Origin: Octopus vulgaris
Lineage: Eukaryota
NCBI GenBank assembly: GCA_951406725.2
Contig: CATOCA020000001.1
Location: 7,006,001 to 7,070,000 of the forward strand
Direction of reading: 5' to 3'
DNA: 64,000 nt
The notes under the pieces were generated by a model that worked only from the letters and a program-made list of their open reading frames with translations, searched no databases and had not been told where the DNA came from. Positions within the stretch are counted from its first letter, which is position 1; each line of letters begins with the position of its first letter. A program made the translations under genes and the position numbers. This document shows positions 44,306-56,008 of the stretch, in pieces.

Positions 44306-44381
44306 GTCTCTGATGATGGAATGCCCCATATTCAGGCATACTCACCTATCATTTGGGACATCTCAGAAACAGCTGTAAGAC
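44306..44381 (+). ncRNA. Type I hammerhead ribozyme motif, canonical core, GUA cleavage triplet
   Basis: gtct-CTGATGA-tg...ca-GAAAC-AGCT-GTA-agac. Stem I is GTCT/AGAC and stem III is the palindrome ACAGCTGT. Confidence 0.75.
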
Positions 44382-44459
44382 CTCAACTAATTCAAGAATA
44401 ATATAAAATAATGTATATGACTTGAGATGCTTGATATGCCTCTGCATTTGTTGTCTTCT

Positions 44460-45026
44460 GATCGATACCTTTGGCAATGTGCTCTGCTTAAGAGGATTCA
44501 TCAAGCCAGGTGCACCTGTACTGGTGGCACATAAAACATTCAACCTTTGAACATTGGGCTTCACAGAGGCAAAGTGGCTTGAGTTCCTTTTGAGTATTGG
44601 GCTTCATGGAGGCAAAGTGGCTGAGTTCCTTTTGAGTATTGGGCTTCATGGAGGCAAAGTGGCTGAGTTCCTTTCAAGCTTTGGGCCACATGCAGGCAAA
44701 GTGGCTGAGTTCCTTTTGAGTGTTGGGCCTCATGGAGGCACTGACCAAAACCTTTGGCATTATGTTGTGCTTGAAAAGAAGATCCATCAAACTGAGCAAA
44801 ATCGCAGTTGTGGCAGATACCGGTGTCATGCAAATGGTACCTATGCCAGTGGTGAAAGCACCCATTATGCTCTCAGAGTGGTTGATGTTAGGAAAGGCAT
44901 CCAGCCATAGAAAACCATACCAAATCAGACTGGAGCCTGGCACAGTCTTCCAGTATGCCAGCCCAGTCAAACCATCCAACCCATGCCAGCATGGACAACA
45001 GACGTTAAATGATGATGATGATGATA
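44460..45026 (+). mobile_element. RTE LINE 3' UTR fragment with an internal 42-bp tandem repeat (44554-44740) and (GAT)n tail
   Basis: Ends GGAAAGGCATCCAGCCATAGAAA...CCATGCCAGCATGGA...GACGTTAAATGATGATGATG, like the copy ending at 55698. It contains about 4.4 copies of TTGGGCTTCATGGAGGCAAAGTGGCTGAGTTCCTTTTGAGTA. Confidence 0.75.
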
Positions 45027-45030
45027 TATA

Positions 45031-46771
45031 CAGGGTGTTTGGGCTAAATTTGGCAGTTTGCATATAAGGAAAAGAAAACAATATCCCATCCAAAGATAAA
45101 GATATTCTAAAGAAAATCAAAGTACATTATGGCTAGGAAGTAACATTTTACCCAAATTAGCTACCTGCAGCTTCTGTCACAGCCTCTAGATAACTCTGGA
45201 ACCTCGCACATGCATTCCTTATTGTGTCCTTGGAAAGATCTTTGAAAACCTCTTTGATCTTGGCCACAAGCTCGGGCCAGGTGTTGCAGACAGAGTGGTA
45301 GATGCCTTTCTCAATGACACCTCATACATAATAATCCTTAGGATTACAACTGGAGAAATTCAGAGGCCAAAAAGTGGGGCCGGTGAAGCCATACAAATTC
45401 TCCAACAGCCACTTCTGACTTTTTCCAGAGTCAAGGCAAGGAACTGAATCCTACTGCCACACACATGGCCTTTCAGCAGCAGTCCCCTACAGCCAGAGTT
45501 TGACTACAGTCTCAGCAGCTTCACATAGCTGTCTAAATTAAGCCTAATCCCCTGTTCACCAGTTGTTGGATGAAATTCAACATGCGGACATGTCACAATG
45601 CCTACTGTGTCCTTCTTGCTCACTTTGTAGCTTTTGCTGCAGCTGTCCATGCCATATCTTATAGCCTATGAAGTGTTCACAGAGCATTGAACAGGAGTTA
45701 GGATGTTGGCATTTTGACACCCAGCATCAATCATCATCAGTCCTCCATGTCAACTAACTTTTTCTCACCTCTTTAATCTTTATGCTCACCAACACTGTCC
45801 ACCAAGACATCAAGCTAACAAAATAAGAACCACTTTTCACACACTTTACCTCAACAAACCAAACCACATCTCTTCACTTCCTCCCATTTCCTATGCTTAT
45901 GCTTATCTCTCACTCCCCAATCCTGTCATCTCCCACTCCCTCTATATACCCAGTTTTCAACAGTCACTGCATTCCCCACCCCCACACTCCTTACATTCCT
46001 ACTCATACACCTTTGGCAATACCTTACCATTTATATTCTGAACCCCATACCTTGACGGTATGCCATAGCACTTCACCACCATCTATCTCTCTCTTGCTCT
46101 GTTCTACCATCCCATCTATATTCTGATTCCACTTCCTTCTCAGTATGCCCTGGCACTTCTCCACCATCTCTCCTCTGCTCTCTCTCTCTTTCTCTCTCTC
46201 TCTTTCTCTCTCCCTCTCACTGGTTAACCATGTATCTCCTCTACAGCCACACACCTGTTTCTGTCCTCATTCTTGATCACTTCCCACCTCTGGCCAAGTA
46301 ACCATGTATCTCTTTAGCAAGTCACCTGTTTCTATCTCTCTTTCACACTCTAACCTTTCATAATCTGGCACAAGATCACCCCCTCCAATGCTCTCTCCCC
46401 TCTCAAAAGATCTTTGTCTTGCGAGTTACTCAGTGCCCATACCAATGCTGATACCATGTAAAAAGCATCCAGTCTATATTGTAAAGTGGTTGGCATTTGG
46501 AAGGGCATCCAGCTGTAAAAATCATGCCAGAACTGACCTTGCCTATGCTGGTGCCATGTCCACTCTCTGGGATGGTTGGTGTTAGGAAGGGCATCTAGTC
46601 ATATAAACCATGCAAAAACAGAGACTGAAGCTTGGTGCAGTCTTCCGTCCAGCCAGTTTCTCTCAAACCATCCAACACATGCCAGCATGGAAAGGATGAT
46701 GAAGATGATGATGATAATATTCCTTTAAAAAATGAGACATAAAAATAATGAAAGTTAGCCCAAACCCTCTG
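45031..46771 (-). mobile_element. Decayed Tc1/mariner-superfamily (DD37D/maT-like) transposon with nested insertions
   Basis: TA|CAGGGTGTTTGGGCTAA ... TTAGCCCAAACCCTCTG|TA termini. The minus strand at ~45320-45480 reads RPCVWQ*DSVPC...FWPLNFSSCNPKDYYV*GVIE, resembling QQDSAP...WPPxSPDxNPxDYxVW. Confidence 0.7.
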
Positions 46772-47156
46772 TATATATATCTTTACCTCTAACGATATAT
46801 TGAAAAATAATTTGTAGATGATGTTGAAACTATTAGCAACTTCAACATTTTCATGAGCTAGAATTACCCTGGAAATGGCTTTTTTTGTCTGTATGAAAAC
46901 ACTAAGAACATTCTCTCTTACTCTCTATTCCTAAATTACCACCATTATAAAAAGTAAAAATAAAAAAACACTCCATGAATTTCATTCAGACTGTAGGTTG
47001 TAATTTCAGGGAGATTGGCTGCTATTTCTAGCATATTTAGCTACCATTTAGAGGTTTCCCCTGTTAGCTCGTACATACATACATACTTAAGATCAAAGGG
47101 TGTGATTTGAGGAAGATTTGACTGCTATTTCTAGCAGTTCAAGTGACTGTATAGAG

Positions 47157-47419
47157 TAAGAGTTCTCAACCATTTCTTACCTGTGGACACCTTTGATTAC
47201 TATTTCATTCTGGTGGACCCCCAAAGCCATTCAAAGTTTTGTTGGTTGAACTACGTAAAATGTTAGAGAAAGAAACCTAACTGTTTCTGCAATACTTACC
47301 AATACATACATCTAAAGCAAAATTCTTTCAGGGGCCTTCAAAATACTATTGTAGATCCCTAATTTACTATTTTGCTGCATGGCCTCTGGTTTTATCTGGA
47401 CCCTGGTTGAGAACCCCTG
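47157..47419. mobile_element. Old hAT/Charlie-like MITE
   Basis: Termini (TAAGAG)TTCTCAACC ... GGTTGAGAACCCCTG. The 8-bp flanks GTATAGAG / ATGTAGTG match only partly. Confidence 0.45.
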
Positions 47420-47570
47420 ATGTAGTGTCTTTATAGCATTTGTAGGTGGTCTGTGCTGTGACATTGTCTTTTCAGTTGCCTTGATTTTGCTTACATTCAT
47501 GGAATGCATTTTTATGAAATGTCAGGTGTCAGGCGTGTGTCTTATATCTTGTATTGTGTCTGTTATACAG

Positions 47571-47753
47571 GGGTGCTGAGATCCTTTTCTTCCTGGTCAG
47601 TCGATACCTTAAGATACATGATGGCAGCAAATTCCCTCTCATAGAGTTCATGCAGAGTCTGGTTAATGCTCGACGGAACCTTGCACTGTTTCAGCACCAT
47701 GATGGTATTACGGGGACTTCCAAAGACGTCGTAGTTGACGACTATGGTGACAG
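47571..47753 (+). CDS. MAN2A: Golgi alpha-mannosidase II, internal exon
   Basis: tgttatacag|G GGT GCT GAG...GAC AG|gtttgt. Encodes (R)GAEILF...ARRNLALFQHHDGITGTSKDVVVDDYGD(R), including the GH38 FQHHDxITGT motif. Phase matches the previous exon. Confidence 0.96.
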
Positions 47754-47819
47754 GTTTGTATCGTTGTCTGCTTGTTTATTCTGTGCATATATGTATGTGT
47801 CTGTATATGTAATATATAC

Positions 47820-49300
47820 TAGGTAGATTTAGCCACAGGAGAAGTAGAAAGAAAGAAGTCTGCTGGTGGTCTGCAGCATGAGGACCAGGGACTTGAGGTG
47901 TTTTGGATTGCAAGACAGTGTATCAGAGAGAATTGTGATGCTGCAGGAGAGAAGAGTGCATTTGCAGTTAGTTATTCTGCAAAGAAAGAGGCTTGGAGAT
48001 TCCACTATGTGAGGCTGTTAAATGTTGAGAACACATGTGAGAAGAGGAGTCTGTCCAATGTGGATCCAACAGAGGAACCAGCTATCCAAATAGACAGTAG
48101 CTTGACTGATAAAGCAATTGAAGATATGAAAGCAAAGAAAGCCCCTAGCCCTTCAGAAATCACTGCTGATATGGCCTAGTTATCTGTAGAGTTAATCATG
48201 TTATCGACAATGGAGTCATACCCAATGGCTGGTGTAGCAGCAACTGCTACAATGGTAAAGGCGACACCTTAGATAGAAACAATTACAGAGGTATCAAATT
48301 GGTGGACCAGATGATGAAAGTTACAGAGATGGTCATAGTTCAACTAATTAGGTTCAACTAATAAGAGAGTTAGCTTCGATGAGATGCAGTTTGGTTTTGT
48401 ACCTGGTAGGAGAAACATGTAGCCAAAAATAAACCTGTATTTGGCTTTTGTTGACATATAGAAAACCTTTGTTAGGGTCCCCTGCTCCCTTATCTACTGG
48501 TCAATGCAAAAGCTAGGGATAGATGAGTGTACAATCCATGTACAGAATGATGTCAGTAAGGTGAAGGTTGGTAATGAGTATAGCAATGAATTTAGTAGGA
48601 GTTCACCAAAGATCAGTTCTCGTCCCACTTTTGTTTATCATAATCCACCAAGCAATAACAGAGGGATTTAAGATCCCTTGGGAGCTTCTCTATGCTGATG
48701 ATCTTGTTTTTATAACTGAATTACTACCCAAACTAGAGAGGAAATTTCAGGTATGGAAGCAAAGTCTGGAATCTAAAGGCCTTAGACAAATCACAAGTCC
48801 CTTCAGAAAAATGGCTTTGCTTGATATGTAAGAAGGGTGTTGGTAAAAACTCCATATGTACTCAGTGCAAGCTTTGGACACGTAAGAGGTGTATTGGTGT
48901 CACAGGAAGGTTAACAATGAAAGTAGTCTTTGTGTGTGGCAAATGTGCAGGTACAATAAATACTAAGAATGTGAAAGGCAGATTGTATTATGCCTGTGTA
49001 CATACAGCTATGTTACCTGGCAGTGAAACATGGGCTGTGACTGCAGAGGACATGAGAAGGGTTGAAAGGATTGAAGCCAGCATGCTCTGCTGGATGGATA
49101 ATGTCAGTAAAGGATTTAAGAGAAAAACTAGGTTTCAGGGGCATCAGTTGTAGTGTGCAAGAAGGAAGACTGTGCTGTGGATAGCTGCATAAAGAAGTGC
49201 TGATTTCTAATTGTGGAAGGGGCAGACTCAGGAAGATGTGGGGTGAAGTGGTGACGGATCTTCAGATGGCAAGAAACCGAGACCAATATTCTGCAAGAAC
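47820..49300 (+). mobile_element. Decayed RTE-clade LINE fragment
   Basis: Frameshifted RT remnants (PWELLYADDL, GVHQ.SVL.PLLF, LYYACV.TAML.GSETW), colinear with the 56008-59299 copy. Confidence 0.88.
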
Positions 49301-49639
49301 TTGTCTATCATGTTCTTGCAGAATATTGGAAATGAATGACACTGCTTCTGTGATAGTGACAATCATTTACAGTTATCACACAACACAAAACAAAAGACCC
49401 ACGCACACGTGAACACACACATATACACATATATATGCACATATGATGGGCTACTTTCAGCTTCTGTGTATCAAATCTCCTCACAAGACTTTGATCAATC
49501 TAAGGCTGTCACATAGCAGGACTGTACCTGCAACCAGTGGTCAGAAAGTAAGCCTCTTTTACGCAACCATGCCTGTGCATCCATATATATATATATATGT
49601 ATATATATATACACATTACACAAACACACACAGAGTGCA

Positions 49640-50610
49640 GATGGTATTTGAGGGCAGATTTATGCTTTTTAAAAACACTTATTTTTTATAACAGAAAAAA
49701 ACTGTATTTTTAGAAAAATAACATAAACATAAATCTAAATTATCATTTTAATAATTTCATTCAGTAAAACCACCATAAGCATCAATAACTGCCTCTACAC
49801 GGGGTCAAAATCATTTACAATCTCAGATTAAATTGTCCTTGTTCATATTGGACGACTCGAACTATGGTGGCTTTCAAAGAATCTTTAGAGCTATGGGGGT
49901 GTTCATTGACATTTTTCTCGACAATGCTCCATACACAGTAATCCAGTGGATTGAGATCTTTAGAGATATAAGGCCTTCCATTGTAAACACTGTTGATCCA
50001 AAGCTTAACAACTTTATCCAGAACCTCAATATATACAGCAGTATTCATCCTAAGGCCTTGTAGAAAAAAAGTGAGGAGGCCTCACATGTCCTTCATTGTT
50101 AACAGCATCCAAAAACATAACACTTGCAGGAAATTTTGTATGCATTACTCTTGGAACCTCAGAAGTGTCTGTACATAGCCACCTGTCATCTGTTAGTTTT
50201 CTGAGAAAAACCAAATCATACCATCTTCTGATGGATATTTAAGTTTGTTCAAAAATCTTTTGATTCTGATTAAGGACTTTTCTTTTGATTTTTCTGACAT
50301 TAATTGACCTCTCCTCATCAGGTAAGATTTGTATCAGATACCTTCATGCACAACATTTCTGATTATTTTTTTTGCGATTGACCTCATTGATTTTCCTGGA
50401 TTGTTTTCAATGTTTTGCTTAACTTCTTGAATAAATTCAGGTGTCTGATAGAATCAGAATGTGTGGAATGTTTTTTTTATGTTTTGATACAGGTAATACG
50501 CTTCCTCTAACTCACACCAAATCTTGTAGACAAAAGATCTTGCAACTTTCAGAAAACAAGAAATTTCTAAATCACCATGTTTAGCCTCCAAAGCCACCAT
50601 CACAGCTTGC
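49640..50610 (-). mobile_element. Decayed DD37D/maT-like transposase remnant
   Basis: Minus-strand ORFs give YIEVLDKVVKLWI...GRPYI...DLNPLDYCVWSIVE and an N-terminal HTH-like AVMVALEAKHGDLEISCFLKVARSFVYKI. Boundaries are approximate. Confidence 0.7.
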
Positions 50611-51095
50611 CATGATTGTTTTCGATTGATCTTATTGTAGACAATCCATTTTTCATCACCTGTGATGATTTGTTTCAAAAACAGGTCGATTTCATTGTGT
50701 TTTAAATACATATCGCAAATGTTGATTCATTGTGTTGAGTGAATCTCTTTCAATTTATGTGGAACCCAAATGTCAAGCTTCTTAACAAGTCTGAGACATT
50801 TTAAATGGTTTTCAATTGTTATGTATGATACATTTAACCTCTCTGCAATCTCTCACACAGTTATATGGCAATTAAATTCAATTATAGCTTTGATACGGTC
50901 ATCATCAACTTCTGTAGGTTGACCAAAACATTGGTTACCTTTGAGTGAAAAATCTCCAGAATGGAATTTTTAAAACCATTTCTGACATCTGCATTCTGTT
51001 AAGCAATCAACACCATAAACTTCACATATCTCTTTGTGAACCTCAGCAACTTTCTTGCCTTTACCAAAATAATAAGAAAGCAAAATATGTCAAAA
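50611..51095 (-). mobile_element. Mariner (Mos1/SETMAR-like) transposase remnant
   Basis: FLKQIITGDEKWIVYN motif on the minus strand at ~50630-50690. Boundaries are approximate. Confidence 0.7.
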
Positions 51096-51103
51096 ATGTT
51101 CAT

Positions 51104-52445
51104 TATCATCATCATTCAACATCCACTCTCCATGCTGGCATCGTTTAGACCGTTTGACTGGAACTGATGAGCTGGAGAGCTGCACCAAGTTCCAGTCTGA
51201 TTTGGCTTGGTTTCTACTGTTGGATGCCCTTCCCAACATGAGCCACTCCAGGAGTGTAATGGATACTTTTACGTGCAACCATGACTACAATTCATGGGTG
51301 CCGTTTGCATGGCACCAGTAACGAAAACTCACAGGTGCCATTTACATGGCACTGCCAATGAGAACGATTCCTGGATACCAATTTTCAGGACTTAATCAAT
51401 GACCATGACTATGATACACAGATGCCATGAATGACCATGACCTCAATGCATTGGGTGTTATTTACATGGCACTAGCATGGCCACAACTATGATTTTATTT
51501 CGCCTGACGAGTCCTCTTACACACAGCATATTGCCAGAGGTCTCAGTCACTTGTCATCATCTCCATGAAGCCCAACATTTGAAGACCATGCTTCACCACC
51601 TCATTCCATGTCTTCCTGGTCTACCTCTTCCACAGGTTCCCTTCACAGTTAGAGATTGGCACTTCTTTACACAGTTGTCCTCATCCAGATGCATCATATG
51701 ACCATATAAATGCAGTTGTCTCCCTTGCACATCACATCTGATGCCTCTTATGCCCAGCTTTTCTCTCAAGATGCTTACACTCTGTCATACATGCACACTG
51801 ACTTTGCACATCCAGCAAAGCATACCCTGCTTCATTTCTTTCAAGATTACACATGTCCTTGGTAGTCATAGCCTGTGTTTTACTGCCATGTAGCACAACT
51901 GTTCAAACACAGACATCATACAGTCTGCCTTTCACTCTGAGGGAGAGGCCCTTTGGTACCAACAGAGATAGGAACACTCTGAACTTTGCCCATCCTATTG
52001 TTATTCTTACAGCTATACTCTCGGAGCATCCACCTCCACTTACCTGCCTGGCATTTGATGCTGAGTCTATTTTCTGTGCATTTCTGGTGTTTATTGTACC
52101 TGTACACCTTACACACACAAAAACTATTTTCCAAGTTAACTTCCTCTGATATTGCTGCACCTCTTATGTATCTATAGCTTACACTGGGTACATCTTATTC
52201 AGTTTCTACCTATGCCTTTTCTACAGATTGAGCGGGGCTATCTACCTTAGGGGATTTGTGATTTGTCTGCTTTCTGGTGAGAATGTAGTCAATCTGGCTT
52301 TATAGGTTATCAAGTGACTTGCTGGCTTTCTGATGTTGCAGATCATTGGGTCATTTGTGTGACAGAATTTCAGCAGCTTTATATACTTCTCATTTTGGCA
52401 ACCAATTCCATGTCCCTCATGCACCCCATGGAAGATATCTGGGTG
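51104..52445 (-). mobile_element. RTE LINE fragment with the RT core internally deleted
   Basis: (CAT)n tail at ~51105 and C-terminal ORF remnants (IGWAKFR...GLSLRVKGRLYD). An endonuclease remnant (GVHEGHGIG...RKPASHLITY) is joined directly to the post-RT Cys-rich region. Confidence 0.8.
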
Positions 52446-52464
52446 CCGCTTATGTGTGTATATA

Positions 52465-52498
<34 letters not shown>

Positions 52499-52502
<4 letters not shown>

Positions 52503-52730
52503 TAAAACGGTAAGATAACAAAAGAAAGAAAGAGACCTCAATATTATGTAAATAGAGGAAATTTATCTGTAAAATAATATGTGACAATTATTCTGTAGCC
52601 AAGATAAAACTCTGAGTTTCGGATGCCGACTGAATCCACACCACCATCTCTTCGGTTATCTGGAGATGGCCAGATAACCAAAGAGATGGTGGTGTTTCGG
52701 CATCCGAATAATTGTCACATATTATTTTAC

Positions 52731-52735
<5 letters not shown>
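52499..52735 (-). mobile_element. Penelope-like terminal repeat remnant with nested palindrome (52564-52735) and hammerhead-like motif (52602-52661, minus)
   Basis: Lies between (TA)n tracts. TATCTGTAAAATAATATGTGACAATTATTC pairs with GAATAATTGTCACATATTATTTTACAGATA. The minus strand reads agataa-CCGAAGA-gatg...catc-c-GAAAC-TCAGA-GTT-ttatct. The first ~65 bp are nearly identical to 36605-36668. Confidence 0.7.
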
Positions 52736-52816
<81 letters not shown>

Positions 52817-52820
52817 GCGC

Positions 52821-53165
52821 GAACATGGCTACATGGTTAAGAATCTTGCTTCCTAAACGTGTGGTCTTATCTAGGGTTCAGTCTCACTGCAGCACCTTGA
52901 GTAAGTATCTCCTACTATAGCTAAACCCTTGTGAATGGATTTGATATATGGAAACTGAAAGTAGCCTGCTGTATATATGTATGTATTTGTGTATGTGACA
53001 TCATGTGATGGTTGTGAACCAACGTCCATAAAACATACGCCTGGCCATGGGTAAACATCATGCTTGATAACAGGAAAGGTATCGAGCCATAGAAAATCTG
53101 CCCCAACAAATTCTGTCTAACCAATGCAAGCATGGAAAAGTGGACATTAAATGACAATGAAGATG
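52821..53165 (+). mobile_element. tRNA-SINE with RTE-like 3' tail
   Basis: TGGCTACATGGTTAAG (A-box-like), GGTTCAGTC (B-box-like), and the 3' end AAGCATGGAAAAGTGGACATTAAATGACAATGA. Confidence 0.65.
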
Positions 53166-53548
53166 CTAATGATGGGATAAATATATATATATTATCATCG
53201 TATCATTGTCATTTAATGTCCACTTTCCATGCTGGCATGGGTTGGATGGTTTGACTGGAACTGGTAAGCTGGAGAGCTGTACCAGGCTCCAGTTTGGTTT
53301 TGGCTTGGCTTCTATGCCCTTCCTAACATCCAACCACTCCAAGCAGGATAATGTTTACTCATGGCCAGGCATGAAAAATATCACACATATATACAGCAGG
53401 CTTCTATCAGTTTCCATACAGCAAATCCACTCACAAGGGTTTGGCTATAGCAGGGGACACTTGCTCAAGGTGCTACTCAGTGAGACTGAACACTAGACAA
53501 GACCACATGTTTGGGAAGCAAGCCTCTTAAACATATAGCCATGTTTGT

Positions 53549-53590
<42 letters not shown>

Positions 53591-53594
<4 letters not shown>

Positions 53595-55698
53595 GTAGAT
53601 AAAGCAATTAAGAGTATGAAGACAGCGAAAGCCCCAGGCCCATCAGGAACCACTGCAGAGATGCTCAAAATATCTGGTCATGTCGGCTATAGCCTGGTCA
53701 CCCTATTGTTAACCAGGTGATACACGAAGGCGTCAGACCCAATGACTGGTGTAGCAGCATAATAGTCAACTGCTACAAAGGAAAAGGTGACGCTTTAGAT
53801 ACAAATAATTACAGAGGTATCAAGTTGTTAGATCAGGTAATGAAAGTTACGGAGAGGGTCATAGCCCAACTAATTAGGAAGAGAGTCAGTATAGATGAGA
53901 TGCAGTTTGGTTTCGTGCCAGGGAAAAGTACCACTGATGCTATATTCCTGGTAAGACAGCTGCTGGAGAAATACCTAACCAAAGATAAGCTCCTGTACCT
54001 GGCTTTCGTTGACATGGAGAAAGCCTTTGATAGGGTCTCCCAATCCCTTAGCTGGTGGTCAATGAGGAAACTAGGGATAAGATGAATCGTTAGTGAGAGC
54101 TATGCGAGCCATGTATAGGGATGCTGTCAGTAAGGTGAGGATTGGCATTGAATACAGTGAAGAATTCCAGGTAGAGGTAGGGGTCCACCAAGGTTCAGTA
54201 CTCAGCCCCCTCCTATTTATCATAGACCTCCAGGCAATAACAGAGGAATTCAAGACAGGCTGCCCATGGGAGCTACTCTATGCTGACGACCTTGCTCTAA
54301 TTGCTGTGTCATTATCAGAACTAGAGAAGTTTCAGGTGTGGAAGCAAGGATTAGCGATCGAAGGGCCTTAGAGTCAACCTAGCTAAAACAAAAGTCCTAA
54401 TAAGTAGGAAGGCAGACAAACCACAAATCCCTTCAGGTAGATAGCCCTGCTCGATCTGTAGGAAATGTGTAGGTAGAAATTCTATAAGATGTACCCAGTG
54501 TAAGCTATGGATACATAAGAGGTGCAGCAATATCAAAGGAAGGCTAGCTAGGAAGATAATTTTTGTATATGGCAGATGCTCAGGAGCAATAAACACTGAA
54601 AATGTGCAGGGAACATCTGCCAGATTCCAGAGAGAAAAACTAGAAGTAGTTGATAGCTTCCGTTACCTAGGTGACCAAGTCAGTAACGGGAGTAGCTGTT
54701 AGAATAAGAATAACCTGGGCTAAGTTCAGAGAGCTCCTACCTCTGCTGGTGACAAAAGGCCTCTCGCTCAGAGTAAAAGATAGACTGTATGACGCATGTG
54801 TACGAACAGCCATGATACATGGCAGTGAAACATGGGCTGTGACTGCTGAGGATATGCGTAAGCTCGCAAGGAATGAAGCCAGTATACTCTGATGGATGTG
54901 TAACGTCAGTGTTCATACTCGACAGAGTGTAAGTACCTTGAGAGAAAAGTTGAACCTAAGAAGCATTAGATGTAGTGTGCAAGAGAGACGACTATGTTGG
55001 TATGGTCATGTGGTGTGAAAGGATGAGGACAGCTGTGTGAAAAAGTGTCACGAGGGAACCTGTGGAAGAGGTAGACCCAGGAAAACCTGGGATGAGGTAT
55101 TGAAGCACGACCTTCGAACATTAGGCCTCAGTGAGGCAATGACTAGTGACCGAGGCCTTTGGAAATATGCTGTGCTTGAGAACACCCAGCAGGACAAGTG
55201 AGTCCATAACCCGTAGCCTATGCCAGTAGTGTAACCAGCCCACTTAGGCGTACCTTTCTTTCATTGGACACTAAACTCTGCTTGCGAAGACCTGTTGAGA
55301 CAAGTGAAATCAAAATCAAATTCAATGACAGCATCATCCAAGTGTGATCATTACCAGCGTTGCCTTACTGGCATTTGTGCTGGTGGTACGTGAAAACAAC
55401 ATTTGAGCGAGGACGTTGCCTGTGCCTTTCGACTGGCTCCTGCGCAGGTGACACGTAAAAAACATGATTTGAACATGGCCATTGCCAGTACCGCCTGACT
55501 GGCCCTTGTGCCGGTGGCATGTAAAAGCATCCACTACACTCACGGAGTGGTTGGCCTTAGGAAGGGCATCCAACTGTAGAAACTCTGCCAGATCAGATTG
55601 GAGCCTGGAGCAGCCATCTGGCTCACCAGTTCCCAGTCAAACTGTCCAACCCATGACAGCATGGAAAGCAGACATTAAACGATGATGATGATGATGAT
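53591..55698 (+). mobile_element. 5'-truncated RTE-clade LINE (RT pseudogene, 3' UTR, (GAT)n tail)
   Basis: KAPGPSG, NYRGIKLL, QFGFVPGKSTTDAIF, AFVDMEKAFDRV, GVHQGSVLSPLLF and LLYADDL motifs, with stops and frameshifts. Flanked by (TA)n. Confidence 0.95.
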
Positions 55699-55959
55699 AT
55701 ATATAAAGTGGGAAATTCATGGCAGAGTATTAGTACAGAAGCGAAAAATTATGTGACATGGAATTCAACTCTAAGCGTCCTACACTCTGCATTGGGAGGT
55801 TAAAGGCAGGAAAAAATATACATATATTGATAAACTGAATGTTTATAATTGATGGTGCTATGGACACTGGACTTGTGACTGCTGAAGAAGTGCAGTGATT
55901 GTTGTATTGTTGACACAGAAACTTCATGTTCTGTATGTGAGTGTCCATAACTCTATTAT

Positions 55960-56007
<48 letters not shown>

Positions 56008-56008
<1 letters not shown>

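Larger units (their letters stand above)
44015..44458. mobile_element. Palindromic element (~177-bp diverged arms), each arm carrying a hammerhead motif; Penelope-like inverted terminal repeats
   Basis: 44015-44191 is the reverse complement of 44282-44458 (e.g. CAAGCATCTCAAGTCATATACATTATTTTATATTATT / AATAATATAAAATAATGTATATGACTTGAGATGCTTG). Confidence 0.85.

Noticed and set aside
44554-44910. ORF with repeated GLHGGKVAEFLLS peptide
   Set aside because: It is the translation of a 42-bp tandem repeat inside an RTE 3' UTR, with no support as an exon.
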